Under the pieces are notes generated by a model. That model was given only the letters and a program-made list of their open reading frames with translations. It was not told the origin of the DNA and did not search any database. A program made the position numbers and the translations under genes. A DNA stretch of 27,306 nt from a virus (lineage: Duplodnaviria > Caudoviricetes): the IMG/VR virus record IMGVR_UViG_3300022183_000054, positions 1 through 27,306 of that record; one strand, 5' to 3'. Of this stretch, positions 25,938 to 27,306 are shown piece by piece. Each line of letters opens with the position of its first letter. Positions within the stretch are counted from its first letter, which is position 1.

Positions 25938-26210
25938 TCACAGCATGGACATGCGTTTTTTGTGTCGTTGTTCTGCATTCTTCATCTCAGGTATATATTG
26001 TAAAGCCTCAAACAGCATCTGTGTTGGGCTGCGTTCCAGTTTGCGTCCAAAGACCTCACAAAGTGCAATCAGATTCACCAGTTTTGGAAGCCGTTCATCT
26101 TTCATCCATCTTCGAACTGCGGTTTCAGTCATTCCCCCTTTGATGGCCAGCTTCTTTTCATTCAGTTTGCAAAGGCACATCTGTTTGGCAATCCAGTCAC
26201 CAAAGGTCAT
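25938..26210 (-). CDS. XRE-family HTH protein
   Basis: MTFGDW...NEKKLAIKGGMTETAVRRWMKDERLPKLVNLIALCEVFG; ATGA overlap with the upstream gene. Confidence 0.78.
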   Translation of the reverse strand: MTFGDWIAKQMCLCKLNEKKLAIKGGMTETAVRRWMKDERLPKLVNLIALCEVFGRKLERSPTQMLFEALQYIPEMKNAEQRHKKRMSML

Positions 26211-26632
26211 TTGCGTTTGTCCAATACTTCCAGACATTTGTCTATCTCCATGTTGTTGTTTGCGCATTCTTCAATGATGAAGAACGTGTTTGCTATGTTG
26301 CTGATTTCATCACATTCCTTCTGGCTGGCTCCATCGCCTTCACGGGTCTGCAGTCTACAGAACATCTCACGACACAACATATCTGTATTCTGTTTCATCC
26401 AGTCCTCAGAACAAGACACGGCCAATAGGTCAGTGTCTGTCAGCTGCTTCCGGATCTCTTGTTCACCTGTGGCCAGTTTGCCTTGAATGGTTGCCAAGTC
26501 GGTCAATGCCTTGGACTGATTGTCCAGAATCTGTTGCTGGGTGGTGTCCTTCGATTTTACCCAGATGAATGTTCCTGTGGTACCCATGGTGCCAACCAAC
26601 AATCCAATCAGTGCTGCTGTTGTTATTGTCAT
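26207..26632 (-). CDS. membrane-anchored Cys-rich protein
   Basis: N-terminal hydrophobic helix (TAALIGLLVGTMGTTGTFIWV), coiled coil, six Cys in the C-terminal half. Confidence 0.65.
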   Translation of the reverse strand: MTITTAALIGLLVGTMGTTGTFIWVKSKDTTQQQILDNQSKALTDLATIQGKLATGEQEIRKQLTDTDLLAVSCSEDWMKQNTDMLCREMFCRLQTREGDGASQKECDEISNIANTFFIIEECANNNMEIDKCLEVLDKRK

Positions 26633-26636
26633 TGTC

Positions 26637-27299
26637 TCAGTTCTCTTTCTTAGTGATTGATATAACATTTCCCAAGTTCCCAATATCTGATTCCAGTCTT
26701 TGTCTCAAGATGGGTGGCAGTGATACGATTGCAGAAGTGATCTCTTGAAGCAGCTGGTCATCAGTCAAACCATCCAGTTCATCCATCATACCTTCTTCGG
26801 ATTCAATTTGTCGTATTTGTGCAACCACTTGCAGCAGCTGTCTTTGCAACGCTGCATAGGCTTGCCAAGATTCTGATGCTTCAGCTTTAGCCATTCCACG
26901 CTTCAGGTCAATGGCCTGCTGTCTCAAAAGTTCCAATGTGTTGGATGGAATATCTGGTTGTACTTCTTCTTGGGTCTGCTGTGGTCGGTCTTTGGAATAA
27001 CCGTGTCTACGTTCCAACATCCATGCACTGGCCTTCCAATCTTTGGCACTGGCCTGAGTGATTGTACCCAGATGAACAATGGCCCCTTCAATCTCTGCAC
27101 TTTTTACCTCGTTCAAAAATGTGCAGTATGACTTTTTCTTTGGGTCTTCACCTTGGCGCAACCATGACCAAAGTGTGGTCCGAGATATCCCGGCATAATC
27201 TGCAGCCATCTCATAAGTGCAGCCAGCTGCAATGGCCTTGATGATTCTTTCTCTTCTGGCCTTGGTGAACTTCGATGGTCTTCCCTTCTTCTTTGTCAT
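26637..27299 (-). CDS. terS: terminase small subunit (putative)
   Basis: GRPSKFT...IIKAIAAG...AADYAGISRTTLWSW HTH and DWKASAWMLERR motif; upstream of terL. Confidence 0.75.
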   Translation of the reverse strand: MTKKKGRPSKFTKARRERIIKAIAAGCTYEMAADYAGISRTTLWSWLRQGEDPKKKSYCTFLNEVKSAEIEGAIVHLGTITQASAKDWKASAWMLERRHGYSKDRPQQTQEEVQPDIPSNTLELLRQQAIDLKRGMAKAEASESWQAYAALQRQLLQVVAQIRQIESEEGMMDELDGLTDDQLLQEITSAIVSLPPILRQRLESDIGNLGNVISITKKEN

Positions 27300-27306
27300 T
27301 TTTGTC

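Noticed and set aside
25673-25978. Overlapping ORF with CPCCECDPCDC metallothionein-like motif
   Set aside because: It overlaps both HTH genes on the same strand with no clear RBS, and the HTH frames are better supported. Not fully excluded.
1-27306. Integrase/att site, partition system, tRNA genes, alternative genetic code
   Set aside because: None recognised; genes tile densely under the standard code, with TAA, TAG and TGA all used as stops.

Overview
This window looks like an essentially complete ~27 kb genome of a small long-tailed (siphovirus-like) phage, read almost entirely on the minus strand. From the right end the genes are: terminase small subunit, a Cys-rich membrane protein, two tandem XRE HTH genes, terminase large subunit, portal, scaffold, a repeat-rich fibre cassette, major capsid, head-tail and tail genes (with a -1 frameshifted tail chaperone), tape measure, two tail-tip proteins, amidase endolysin and a holin-like gene. 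An early operon starting at a near-consensus sigma70 promoter (6849-6877) encodes an RNA polymerase alpha-CTD homolog, an HTH protein, RusA, an AEP-type primase, a VapE/VirE-type helicase and a DNA methyltransferase. It ends in a non-coding replication/control region (1163-1759). No integrase, DNA polymerase, partition genes, tRNA or CRISPR array were recognised. The most unusual feature is an array of about 10 paired DnaA boxes directly upstream of a promoter-terminator unit that predicts a ~70-nt RNA. That RNA is complementary to the translation-start regions of the phage primase and helicase. Also notable are the phage-encoded alpha-CTD, three candidate leaderless genes and near-total avoidance of CCWGG. 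All calls come from reading the sequence by eye; no database search or folding program was run.
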